A stretch of DNA of 64,000 bases from Squalus acanthias (taxonomy: Eukaryota): NCBI GenBank assembly GCA_030390025.1, contig CM059431.1, forward strand, positions 104,968,001 through 105,032,000, in the 5' to 3' direction. Position numbers and translations under genes: made by a program. Below are positions 49,072 to 60,904 of the stretch, piece after piece. Each line of letters starts with the position of its first letter. The first letter of the stretch is position 1. The notes beneath the pieces were generated by a model. It saw nothing but the letters and a program-made list of their open reading frames with translations, was not told where the DNA came from and ran no database searches.

Positions 49072-49687
49072 AATATACAGCATCAAATAACCACTGGACA
49101 ACTTGATGACAAGCTATTCTATGAGTCTACGATAAGCGAAGAGCTGGTTGTTCCTGTGGGCAGGTAAACCTACCGCCTCAAGCGTCTCCCGCTTTCAGCT
49201 AGTAAGTTCCTATTTTACATATTATATTGAAATATTCTGTAGCTGGTATTCTGGCATAAAGGAATGAGGGGTGGTGGAAATCCTCCAGCAGCTCCATTAT
49301 TTAAGAGTCTGATCCACATTTTCTCAGTTGTTACGCTATTAACTCAGGCTTTTACTAAAATTGGCAAGTTTTTTTTGGCGATCTGGTCTTTCTCGCATCT
49401 GCACACGTTCCCATATTCGTTTGGCCTACATCTCCGTTAGATGCCAAACAAAGTATTGATAAAAAAGGCAGACTCACCTTTTTAGTCTTCCACAATATTT
49501 TCTCAGAGGAGGTAACTGAAACCATGCTGTGTCTGAATGCCTTTGACGAATGATATCCTCCTTTAGGACTGATTGATGTAGTAGCGATCCACTCATTTTA
49601 ATCAAAAATTATCCTTTGCATTAGTCTCAGGTATTTTCAAAAACTTTCTCATTCAGTATGATTTTTTTTTTAAATATTGGCAAAAAT

Positions 49688-49977
49688 AGAGGACATAATT
49701 ATAAGGTAATCACTAATAAATCCAATCGGGAATTCAGGAGAAACTTCTTTACCCAGAGAGTGGTGAGAATGTGGAACTCGCTACCACATGGAGTGGTTGA
49801 GGCGAATAGCACAGATGCATTTAAGGGGAAGCTAGATAAGCATATGAGGGAGGAAGGAATAGAGGGTTATGCCAATAGGGTGAGATGAAGAGGGGTGGGA
49901 GGAGGCTCGTGTGGAGCACAAACACCGGCACGGACCAGTTGGGCTGAATGGCCTGTTTCCGTGCTGTAAATTCTATG
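49688..49977 (+). mobile_element. CR1 LINE 3' end
   Basis: RGHNYKVITNKSNREFRRNFFTQRVVRMWNSLP. Confidence 0.9.
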
Positions 49978-50008
49978 ACCAGCTGGGTGCAAAAGAATCA
50001 GTCTTCAA

Positions 50009-52036
50009 TCTGAGAGGTTGTTTCCCCTGGCTGGAGAGTCTAGAACCCAGGGGGCACAGTCTCAGGATAAGGGGTCGGCCATTTAGGACTGAGATGAGGA
50101 GGAATTTCTTCACTCAGAGGGTTGTGAATCTTTGGAATTCTCTACCCCAGAGGGCTGTGGATGCTCAGTCATTGAGTATATTCAAGGCTGAGATCAATAG
50201 ATTTTTGGACTCTAAGGGATATAGGGATTGGGCGGGAAAGTGGAGTTGCGGTCGATGGTGTAGAATTCGCAATATATCGCGATTTTATAAATAAGGAGAA
50301 AACACATAGTTTCGTTCAAACAGCTTTATTTCAGCAGAATGCTGTCAGGTTTTCAAAGTGGACACATGCAGCCTGTAAAATGGCCGCCGCACCTCGTGGC
50401 GGAACATTCTAGACTTTTCGACAGACAGACAAGATGGCGTTCCAATAAACATTTGTGCAAGATCGATTAAGATTCAGCACATTGAAGATAATACACGAGA
50501 CATCATGGGTTTGCAGTATACACATAGATACTGAAATCGGTCTCCCGGGTACGAATAAAGGCTATTGTACCAAGTAATCAAGGGCCCATCCAAAGACATT
50601 AATATGTAAAATCCCAACGACTCTACGATGAGAGAGCCGTTAGCGGGTAGTTACAGAAAACACTTGGAAGCCCCAAAACCCCTCCAGGGAGAACACCGAC
50701 CGATTTAACAATGGGAGAAAAATTAACAGGTGCTCAGACATTTACGAGTAGCCCCGAAACCCATTAAAAACGGAGATCACCTATACAAGACATTTGAGCG
50801 CCAAAACCCAAACAAAAGAAAAGACATTAAGGTTGGGCGGGAAACGGAAGATTTTGTACTATAATTGCAAGCCCCAAACCGTCCATTTTTCTCTTATCCT
50901 CTTATCTTGCTGGTGTTCATCCTCGTGGCTGCTCCTGTGTTCTTGACTCGCCGTCTTGTTCCTGCTTGCCTGGTGTCTCTTTTAAAAGACTGTTGAACTT
51001 TGTGATCCGTTCGGATCTACCTCGTGTCGTGTCACGAAGACCTGTGTTGGTAACCGGCATCGGAACCAAAGGCCCGAGAAGAGATGAGATGAGATGAGAA
51101 GAGACGAAGACCATACTTAGCGCCACGGTCAGTAAGCCCCGACCGCGCCTGTAGGTCGAATAGACATTTCTCCTTGCCAGGAAGACTTCTTTGAACTTTA
51201 AAGAACGGACCCCGGAAGATTCTTCTTTGAGATATTGACTGATCTGTGAAACCCATCAGGGCAGATCCTCATGACGGACACCGAGAGATTATTCTCTTAA
51301 GTGTTGACTGGTACGTGAAACCAACCAACACAGATCTTCATAACAACAGACGTTCCAGCCTGCTAGCCGGAGCAGAAGCAAGTAAACAAGTGGGGCCAGG
51401 AGACCCCCTGATCGACACGTGGGTGCTGCGGTGAAAACATCCGATCAGCTATTCGGAATTTCTCCGAGTTATCACGAGTGGTGAGCATGAGTCTCGAATC
51501 CTACGAATCTAGCTAGGACAGATATTGATAGGGGAGGGTTTAAGTATTAAGGATACTTGTAATGTGTGCCCCCATTTACGGTGTGTTGTTCGTTCCTCGT
51601 TTCCCTAGAATTAGCTACATAACTGCGTGTAAGATTGTACTGTCATTAATCTGTGCTTATGACATGTATTTCGTAATCTTAAATATTATGCAATAAAGAT
51701 TTTTTCCATTTCGTACCATTCAACCGAGTCTACATGAGTTTCATCTCCATTACTGCTCTCGCATCTAAGTCCAGTGTCTAGAACCGTAAGGGCGAGTGAT
51801 TCGAACCACTCACAGGTGTGTCTAGTGTTCCCAGACTGGCTGGAGACCAGAACAGGCAACAAGGCCTAAACCCGAACTGACATACAGGCTGCACAGAGCC
51901 GCGCGAATCTCACAGGCTGAGAGACACGCACGCAAACCCTTACAATGGTCAGCCATGATCTTATTGAATGGCGGAGCAGGCTCGAGGGGCCGTATGGCCG
52001 ACTCCTGCTCCTATTTCTTATGTTCTTATGTTCTTA
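50009..52036 (+). mobile_element. CR1 3' end split by a solo LTR (50009-50258 + 51945-52036)
   Basis: GGAGTTGCGGTCGATGG | ATGGTCAGCCATGATC reconstitutes the CR1 3'UTR. Confidence 0.9.
50259..51944 (+). mobile_element. Long (1686 bp) solo LTR, ERV/Gypsy-type
   Basis: Termini TGTA...TACA; exact 4-bp TSD ATGG; no gag/pol ORF; TATAAT at ~50859 and AATAAA at ~51692. Orientation is tentative. Confidence 0.82.
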
Positions 52037-53183
52037 ATCTCTGGCAGCAGGACAGACAAGCAGATAACTTTTGTTTCCCCCCCTCCCCCCCCACATTCAG
52101 TACCACAAACTGATCATTGTTCCCTTCAGTTCAGATGCTTTATGATCAAATTATGTTGAAATGAGCATGTTTTACTGTCCATAATAATTCTGCTCTGCTA
52201 AAACGGAAACTAAAAAAAAAATGCTTTAAAGACATTGTTTGCCATCTGCAACTATACAGTAGGTAAAAATGCACTCTGTACAGTTGTGAAATAATCTGCT
52301 TGTTCCTTTAGTAATAAACCTGTGCATCGTAGCCATATGTTCCACAAGTACAGCAGTCTATACAGGGAGCACTCCTCAAGGGGAAGCCATTGAGTGCACA
52401 TAAGAGAGAAATGAGGTTGGTTTTATTAATTTGATTTTATTTCACAACTGAATAGCTGCTACTTAATTCCTGCTTTTCCCCCCCACCTTGGCTCCCCTTT
52501 GTTCCTTTCTTCAATAATAGCGAATGTTAAAAAGCTGATTTTTTTTTCTCTTTCATTCAGCTTCAGTTCACATGAACTGCTCTGGGAGATTAGATTAGAA
52601 ACTATTCAGTATGATCAGCGGTGTGTAATGTGGAGGAAATATCAAGTGCTGCGGTTCACTGACGACGCAGACTGTCCTTAGAAGAGATCGTGTAGGTGCA
52701 GTTCTATTAGAGCATTCAGTCTTGAACCCTCTGACTCGTTTGAGTGACAGCACGTAATTGTCAAGTCAAAATGCTAAGAATCAGGAAGCAGTGCTTCACT
52801 TTAAATTGTTTGTTCAGCAGAAACATTGTACACCATAGCTAAGCAAGGGTTCCTGACACCCAACTTTTATGAAGCCAAATAGAACAGATAGCACCACACT
52901 ATCAGTTCAGTAAACATCAATTTTTATTTTAATTGCAACCATTATCCAGCTGCATTGTAACTTTCGCCTTTTAAGTCTTAATGATTTGCATGACTAAAAG
53001 CAATGGGATTATGTCAGGACATCGCTGAATGTCTATTGTTCATAGTCAATCATGTGGATAATATCATGGTTAGGTTGGGGGGAGACGAATGGTTAAAAAA
53101 ATTGTATTTAGATATAAATTTAAACATATGTTATTTGAAGTTGATACAGAACGCACAGTGCTGAATTTGAGACATTTATGCAG

Positions 53184-53596
53184 CGACGCCTCGATTGTAA
53201 AATTCTCATCCTTGTTTTCAAATCCCTCCATGGCCTCGGCCCCTCCCCTCCCTATCCCTGCAACCTCCTCCAGCTCTACAGGCCACCGAGATCTCTGTGC
53301 TCCTCCAATTCTGGCCTCTTGCGCATCCCCGATTTTCATCGCTCCACCACTGGTGGCCGTGCCTTCAGCCGCTCGGGCCCCAAGCTCTGGAGATCCCTCC
53401 CTAAACCTCTCTGCCTCTCCCTCCCCCTTTAAGACGCTCCTTAAAACTTACCTCTTTGACAAAGCTTTTGGTCACCTGTCCTAATATTTCCTTATGCGAC
53501 TCGGTGTCAAATTTTTGTCTGATTACGCTCCTGTGAAGCGCTTTGGGACGTTTTACTACATTAAAGGTGCTATATATATGCAAGTTGTTGTTGTTG
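53184..53596 (+). mobile_element. L2 LINE 3' end
   Basis: RLDCKILILVFKSLHGL..RSTTGGRAFS; (GTT)n. Confidence 0.9.
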
Positions 53597-53661
53597 AGAG
53601 TATCTCTATATGTGACCCATAGATAAATTGATAGCACGAGAGCTTTTTAAGGGCAGAACAA

Positions 53662-53760
53662 AAGAACATAAGAACATAAGAAATAGGAGCAGGAGTAGGC
53701 CATTCGGCCCCTCGAGCCTGCTCCGCCATTCAATAAGATCATGGCTGATCTTCTACCTCA
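53662..53760 (-). mobile_element. CR1 3'UTR and tail
   Basis: (AGAACATA)n AGAAATAGGAGCAGGAGTAGGCCATTCGG. Confidence 0.85.
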
Positions 53761-53823
53761 AAGGGACCGCGCACTAAAAGAAATAAGCCGCACAGGACAA
53801 AGTGCAGCTTACAGGGAACATTG

Positions 53824-54133
53824 CTGGGAAGTCTAGGGCGAGGGGGCATAGTCTAAAAATTAGAGCCAGACTTTTCAGGAGTGAAATTAGGAAACACTTC
53901 TACACACAAAGGGTGGTAGAAGTTTGGAACTCTCTTCCACAAATGGCAATTGATGCTAGATGAATTGTTAATTTTAAATCTGAGATTGATAGATTTTTGT
54001 TAACCCAAAGATATTAATGGATATGGGCCAAAGGCGAGTTTATGGAGTTAGGTCACAGATCAGCCATGATCTTGTTGAATGGCAGAACAGGCTCGAGATG
54101 TTAAATGGCCTCCTTCTGTTCCTGTGGTCCTAT
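53824..54133 (+). mobile_element. CR1 3' end
   Basis: Same subfamily as 46900-47193. Confidence 0.88.
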
Positions 54134-54369
54134 AAGAAACACAAAAAGGACACAGAGATGCTGTTTGGAAACAAATCGATTAATTTGTTTTCAATATCAT
54201 CACTATATGTTACTCAAAGCAGTTTTGTTATGATGTGGAAAAGTAATTTGTAAATTCTGCACGCTGTGAGCAACTTATTAAAAAGTTATAGACTTAGTTC
54301 AGAATTCCATTTGAATTACTTATATAAACACAAATGTTAACAAATTTATACTGTGCCATAAAAAAAGAG

Positions 54370-54790
54370 GAAAGAAAGAACTTGCATTTATATAGCACCT
54401 CCCATGACCTCAGGAATACTGAAATCGCATTCACTGGCAGTGAAGTACCTTTGACGTGAAGTCACTGTTGTAATGTAGGAAACACGGCAACTAATCTGTG
54501 CACAGCAAGCTCCCACAAACAGCAATGAGTTGAATGGCCCGTTAATTTGATTTTGAGGTGGTGTTGGTGGCTGCAGGATTAATGTTGGCCAGGACACGGG
54601 AAGAATTCCCTGCTCTTCTTTGAAGAAGAGCCGCCGGATCTTTTACATCCACCTCGACAGGCAACGGACCCTCGGTTTAACGTCTCCTCCGAAAGAGAAC
54701 ACCTCTGACAATGCAGCACTCCCATCAGTGCCTCGATTAAGTGCTCAAGTCCTAGAGTGGGGGTTTGAATCCTCAACCTTCCGACTCAAG
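54370..54790 (-). mobile_element. Diverged Deu-SINE
   Basis: Reverse complement of the core and tail, with a degenerate head. Confidence 0.82.
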
Positions 54791-56032
54791 AGACTGTGGG
54801 GTAAAGTTTCCTCTGTGCACTCTGCGAAATGATAAACTCTTTAATAAAGAACACGGAAAGTTTTCATCCCCCCCCCTCCTGCGTATCTAAACTTAGAAAT
54901 TACTGTTTTATGTTACGGTTAAAATATTCATATGACATTCTACTGCCTGAGGTTTGAAAGAAAGTGTTAACACATCTGAAATAAACAGGTTAACACTTCT
55001 GTTAAAATATTAGGCAGAGGAATCTCATACCAAGTGTTAAATGTTCGTATGCTAATGCCACAAACAATAATTTCTAGGCTGTATCTTACTGGACAGATGG
55101 TGGAGTACTGATGTGTTAAGTGCATGTTTCACAAAAGCGATGGGACATACAACAGTAATATAACCCACCAAAACATGAGCTATTATTTTCCTTTTTTTCC
55201 TGTTATGACAGAACGCCGCACATTTTATTTTCTAAGTGGATCCCCTCCCGCAGCTCAATATCTGTGAAACAAAACGCTTCACATAAATTGACCTGCTGCT
55301 GAATATCTAAAACCTGGTGGCCTTTACCGGACCTGGGCAGTAAAAGCTGGCGGCAATGAACCGAAAGTGAAGATTCGCACAAAAAAAATGTTACGAAAAG
55401 TAACGGTACTGTCGAAAAGCAGAAGTGTGTTCAAGGCTTGTCGCAGTGGTGACTCACTCAAATCCCTCGGGAAGCCTCGTTGCACATTCTCAGATATCTA
55501 CTTCATTCCGTGCAAATAATTGAAGGGTATAAAATCATTAGTGCTCGGAAGGTTGCGTTACAACGCTTTAAACTTTTTGCCACTGTTTAAAATGTGTCAG
55601 TTATTTATTAAAAATGGGTATGAAGTGCTCAGAGATTCTATCACATTTGGTGGACAGAATCCACTGCTGCTTCCTGTCACGTCATTTTATCATTGGTCTG
55701 ACACACTGGAGCAACTGATTCATTTGTACATATACTTCAAACAAACTATAGTTGAACTTTACAACGTATCGGGTATATAAACCAGCATTTAAATGCCTGA
55801 TAAAATATTGCTACTTAAATTACCTTGGTAATGCAATGATGAATAATCTTGTTGTGATTAGACTGCGCTCGATTTATTTAATTTTTAAACAGTAAGTAAC
55901 AGTCCTATAAGTGCTGGAACTTTGCTCTGCCTTCATATAAATGTGAGTTGAGGACTCACCTCTCATTCCTATCTCCCGGTGCACTACATAATTCTGCATG
56001 AGCTTCTCAGCTTAGCCCCTTAACAAGGCCTT

Positions 56033-56401
56033 ACATAGAATCTACAGCACAGAAACAGGCCATTCGGCCCAACTGGTCCAGGCTGGTGGTTATGCTCCGC
56101 AGGAGCCTCCTCCCACCCTACTTCATCTAACTCAATCAGCATAACCTTCTATTCCTTTCTCCCTCATGTACTCACCTAGCTTCACCTTAAATGCATCTAC
56201 GTTATTCATCTCAATCACTCCCTGTGGTAGAGAGTTCCACATTCTAGTCACTCTCTGGGAAACATTTCTTCTGAATTCCTTATTCGATGTATTTGTGACT
56301 ATCTTACATTTATGACCTCTAGTTTTGGACTCCCCTACAAGTAACAAATATCCTCTCCACTTCTACCCTATCGAACCCCTTCATAATCTTAAAGACCTCT
56401 A
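56033..56401 (-). mobile_element. CR1 3' end
   Basis: VGESKTRGHK.KIVTN..KEFRRN..MWNSLPQGV. Confidence 0.88.
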
Positions 56402-56568
56402 TCCTTTAATTTTATTTCACCCAGTTTAGATTAGAGCAAGACTCAATAGTGGCAATAAGAGATAAAAAGTTCTTTGCATGTTCTACCTCACCTTTTTTTT
56501 AAATTAACAACCACAGAAAGTTCCTTCTCTCCCATTACTTTCACTGCCAAACTTGCAGCTCTCTATTG

Positions 56569-57066
56569 TTCTGCTGCCCGTGTCCTAACTCGCACCAAGT
56601 CCCGTTCACCCATCACCCCTGTGCTCGCTGACCTACATTGGCTCCCGGTTAAGCAACGCCTCGATTTAAAAATTCTCATCCTTGTTTTCAAATCCCTCTG
56701 TGGCCTCGCCCACTCCCTGTCTCTGTTATCTCCTCCAGCCCCACAACCCTCCGAGATATCTGCGCTTCTCCAATTCTGGCCTCTTGGGCATCCCCGATTT
56801 TAATCGCTCCACCATTGGTGGCCGTGCCTTCAGCTGCCTAGGCTCAAAGCTCTGGAATTCCCTGCCTAAACCTTTCTGTCTCGCTATCTCTCGCTCCTCC
56901 TTTAAGACGCTCATTAAAACCTCTTTGACCAAGCTTTCGGTCACCTGTCCTGCTATCTCCTTATGTGGCTGGGTGTCAAATTTAGTTTGATAACGCACCT
57001 GTGAAGCAACTTAGGACGTTTTACTACATTAAAGGCGCTGTATAAATACAAGTTGGTGTTGTTGTT
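56569..57066 (+). mobile_element. L2 LINE 3' end
   Basis: AARVLTRTKSRSPITPVLADLHWLPVKQRLD.KILILVFKSL. Confidence 0.92.
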
Positions 57067-58814
57067 CTGTCAATTTGCATCATGTTAAGATTTCATCCAG
57101 TTACGAAAAATGAGCCTGAAACAAATGATTCCTGAGGGGGAGAGAAAGGGAAATATTTTAAGAATATTTGGGCAACAATTCAGACGTTGATGTATTTTAA
57201 CAGGTCTCATTTATACAGTGCGCCGGGTGCTAATGTTTCCTACAGGTGCAATAGTTATTAAAAAATTTAATTAACTCTCCCACTCAGGACAACAGAAAAT
57301 AGCCATTCCAGTTCCCCAAAGCAACAACACATTACTGCAGTCTCCAGTAAGCACAGAGATTTTATTGTTTTACTTTTAGAACCAATTACATAGAAATTCC
57401 AGCTTCACATTACAGTAGAGTACAGCTCTTGGTACTCATTACTAAAATCATAAAGATGCCTGCTTTTTGTTATCATGGTGCAGGAAAGCTTAGCGAGGCT
57501 GATTATAAGATTAGATAACACAGGGAAGCTATGCTGGACAATTAAGATAACTAATTTATTACGTGTATATAGATTTTTTTTATTTAAGAACCTGGCTTAA
57601 ATACTTTTGGTCAAACAATGTAAACCACCACATTTGAGAAACTATCAGAGATCTCAAGATCAAGTGATTTACATAATATAAGTCCATGGGGACATCATAC
57701 TGCCCAGACTCTCGGAACTGAGCTGAAAAATGGTTCATAGCTGGGGAAATAGCTGACATGTCAAAATGAATTACGACTAATCACAAAAATCTATTGTACC
57801 TTTTGTGATAACCAATGCAAAATCTTTTTTTTTGAAACGCAATACGGTTCTTTGAATTGCAGTTTATTTCTAAAAGCAATATGAAGCCAATTTTATCTTC
57901 ATTGCGGTATTGTGAAAGCCTACATTAAATTAAAGGATATTGCTCAACTTGCATGCAAGATATAGAATGATTGTTTGTAACAGATGGGATTACAATGATG
58001 TAGGCTCATACGAGGCACCAAAACGCACTGCTGAATGGTAAGTGGAAGTAATGCCTCGAGATGTACTTTCAATAACAGCAGAAACTGCAGAGATCTTTTA
58101 TACATTATTTATGGCCATTAGTTTTACTTTTCATGAGTTACATTAGGCCTGCCATTAGTAACGGGGTTGACTGTGGTCCACTCAACTGGCTAGGTTGCCT
58201 TTAAAGGAAATAATTCCCTTTAGGAATTTGAGCAGAACCAATTATTATAATGCACAATGGAAAAGGGTATATATGGTTATCAGATATTAAAGACATGGAC
58301 ACAAATATATAAACCCAAATGCAAGTCTGTAGACATTAAGTGGGTTTTAGCCTAGAGGTTATTACTTTTTTTCTTAAAAGACTAATGGTTATGGAGTCTG
58401 TGAAAGTTTGCAATAGCTCCTGCTGTTGGGGATTGAACTTGTGGCCCGCGCTCGGCCATAGATTTCCACCGGCCACAGTACTGGAGCTAAGACAGACACT
58501 ATTACAAGCTATTTTCTTTTAAGCAAGATTAAACACATTAATAATTAGCTGGCATAATTAAATAACTGAAAACACAGTATGATGCTGCTTATGCAAAGAC
58601 ACTGTGGTGTACGCGGCTCCACAGCATAGGTGAGAAATGAGCCACAGGAGCTAAAAAATAACTGTTAAGAAGACCAGCGTCCAATTAATTCTTAACCTGA
58701 TGTTTTATCTGTATTGTATACAAAGAAGCGATGCGGTATAAAAGACATTGAAGGCAAACAATATGCCACCACCGGATTGCACCAGAAATACTGTATTAGA
58801 ATTGAACTAACCCT

Positions 58815-59430
58815 TGACAGCCTCAGGACATCCCAAATCGCTTTATAGCCACAAAGTACTTTTTGGAGTGTAGTCACTGTTGTAATGTGGGAAACACGGC
58901 AGCCACAATTGCGCACAGCAAGCTCCCACAAACAGCAATGTGATAATGACCAGGTCATCTGTTTTAATGATGTTGGTTGAGGGATAAATATTGGCCCCAG
59001 GACACCAGGGAGAACTAATTTCTAGAGTCATCTTTTATTTCTTAACTTGTCCCATTACCATCTCCTTTTGCCTTGCACCATCATCCCTTGGAATCTCTCC
59101 TACCTTCCATCCTATCACAGACCTTCCCTTTTGTTCTTTCCTCCCCTCCCCCCTCTCCCTGCCCCTACACTTGCTTAAAAACCTCTTCCATCTCCAACTT
59201 TTTCTAGTTCTGACAAAGGGTCATCGACCTGAAACGTTAACTCTGTTTCTCTCTCCACAGATGCTGCCTGACCTGCTGAGTATTTCCAGCATTTTCTGTT
59301 TTTATTTCAGATTTCCAGCATCCGCAGTATTTTGCTTTTGTGTTGGGGAGAACTCCCCCTGGTCATCTTTGGAATAGTGCTATGGGATCTTTTACGTCTT
59401 TGACGAGACGGTGGATGGGGCCTCGGGTTT
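58815..59430 (-). mobile_element. Deu-SINE interrupted by a hammerhead-bearing element
   Basis: The SINE resumes at 59346 after the duplicated GGGAGAACT. Confidence 0.85.
59017..59345 (+). mobile_element. Short non-autonomous Penelope-like element with hammerhead motif
   Basis: 9-bp TSD GGGAGAACT (59008-59016 / 59346-59354); motif AGTT-CTGACAA-AGGGTCATCGACCT-GAAACGTT-AACT at 59206-59242. Confidence 0.82.
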
Positions 59431-59704
59431 TTTCCTCCCTTATTCAGGTCATTCTATCCACCACGTAGCATGGCATGCTCAGTGGGACTGGGGAGATCCA
59501 TTGCCCATTCTGCACATGTGCATTACTTTTCCGTTTCCCTCTTCTTTTGTTCTGTATCTGCAGAAATTGGGGCGGAGGTCAACCTTTGATCGCATCCTTG
59601 CCCAGGTGTTGATCAGTAGCACTTCCAGTGAAACCGGCTACTGTCCCCTCACTCAGTTATTGTTTAAACAGACTAGATGAAGCTATCTGGACAGACACTT
59701 AAAT

Positions 59705-60198
59705 GTGATGAGGGTTTCTGCCTCTACCACCCTTTCAGGCAGGGAGTTCCAGACCCCCACCACCCTCAGGGTGAAAAAAGTTCTCCTCAACTCCCCTCTA
59801 ATCCTTCTATCAATTATGTAAAATCTATGCCCCTGGTTATTGACCTCTCTACTAAGGGAAGTAGGTCCTTCCTATCCACTCTATCTAGGACCCTCATAAT
59901 TTTATACACCTCAATTAGGTCTCCCCTCAGCCTCCTCTGTTCCAAAGAAAACAACCCCAGCCTATCCAATCTTTCCTCATAGCTAAAATTCTCCAGTCCT
60001 GGCAACATCCTCGTAAATCTCCTCTGAACCCACTCCAGTGCAATCACATCTTTCCTGCAATGTGGTGACCAGAACTGTATGCAGTACTCTAGCTGTGGCC
60101 TAACTAGTGTTTTATACAGTTCAAGCATAACCTCCCTGCTCTTATATTCTATGCCTCGGCTAATAAAGGAAAGCATCCCATATGCCTTCTTAACCACC
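59705..60198 (-). mobile_element. CR1 LINE fragment
   Basis: VKKAYGMLSFISRGIEYKSREVMLELYKTLVRPQLEYC. Confidence 0.92.
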
Positions 60199-60618
60199 TA
60201 AGTCCCACTCCAGAGACCTGAGCACAGGAATCTAGCCTGACACTCCAGTGCAGTGCTCAGGGAGTGCTGCACTGTCAGAGGTGCCGTCTTTCGGATGAAA
60301 CGTTGTGATAATGACCAGATAATCTGTTTTTTGGTGAGTTGATTAAAGGTTAAGTATTGGCCAGAACACTGGGGATAACTCCCCTGCTCTCCTTCGAAAT
60401 AGTGCCATGGGATCTTTTACATCCCCGTGAGAGGGCAGACAGGGCCTCAGTTTAACATCTCATCCAAAAGACGGCACCTCCGACAGTGCAGCACTCCCTC
60501 AGCACTAGCACTGGAGTGTCAGCCTAGCTTTCTGTGCTCAAGTTCCTGGAGTGGGACTTGAACCCACAACCTTCTGACTCAGAGAGAAGAGAGCTACCAG
60601 CTGAGCCACAGCTGACAC
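60199..60618. mobile_element. Fold-back Deu-SINE (plus fragment 60199-60304 joined to a tail-less minus copy 60305-60618)
   Basis: 60199-60304 is the approximate reverse complement of ~60452-60560. Confidence 0.85.
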
Positions 60619-60620
60619 AA

Positions 60621-60899
60621 AGTTAATGCTTCAGATCGATGACCTTTCATCAGAACTGGAAGATTAAACAGCACCTTTTCTTCTCAGCAGGTTTAACGGC
60701 AATGTCAGGGTTGGACCTGAAAGAACAGTGTGCTGCACTTTCAGAGGAAGGTAGATCAGAGTGAGTGAGGATGAGAGCCTCCCTTGTCAGCAGGCTTAAT
60801 CTTCCAGTTCTGATGAAGGGTCACTGACCTTAAACTCTGTGTCTACTCTACAGATGCTGCCTGACCTGCAGCGTGTTTCCAGCATTTTCTGTTTGTATT
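60621..60899. mobile_element. Inverted pair of hammerhead-bearing fragments around a unique spacer
   Basis: TTAATCTTCCAGTTCTGATGA on the plus strand at 60796 and on the minus strand within 60621-60667. Confidence 0.75.
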
Positions 60900-60904
60900 G
60901 CTAC

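Noticed and set aside
52499..52681. Plus-strand exon after a strong polypyrimidine tract
   Set aside because: No convincing donor, stops in the frames examined and no recognisable peptide
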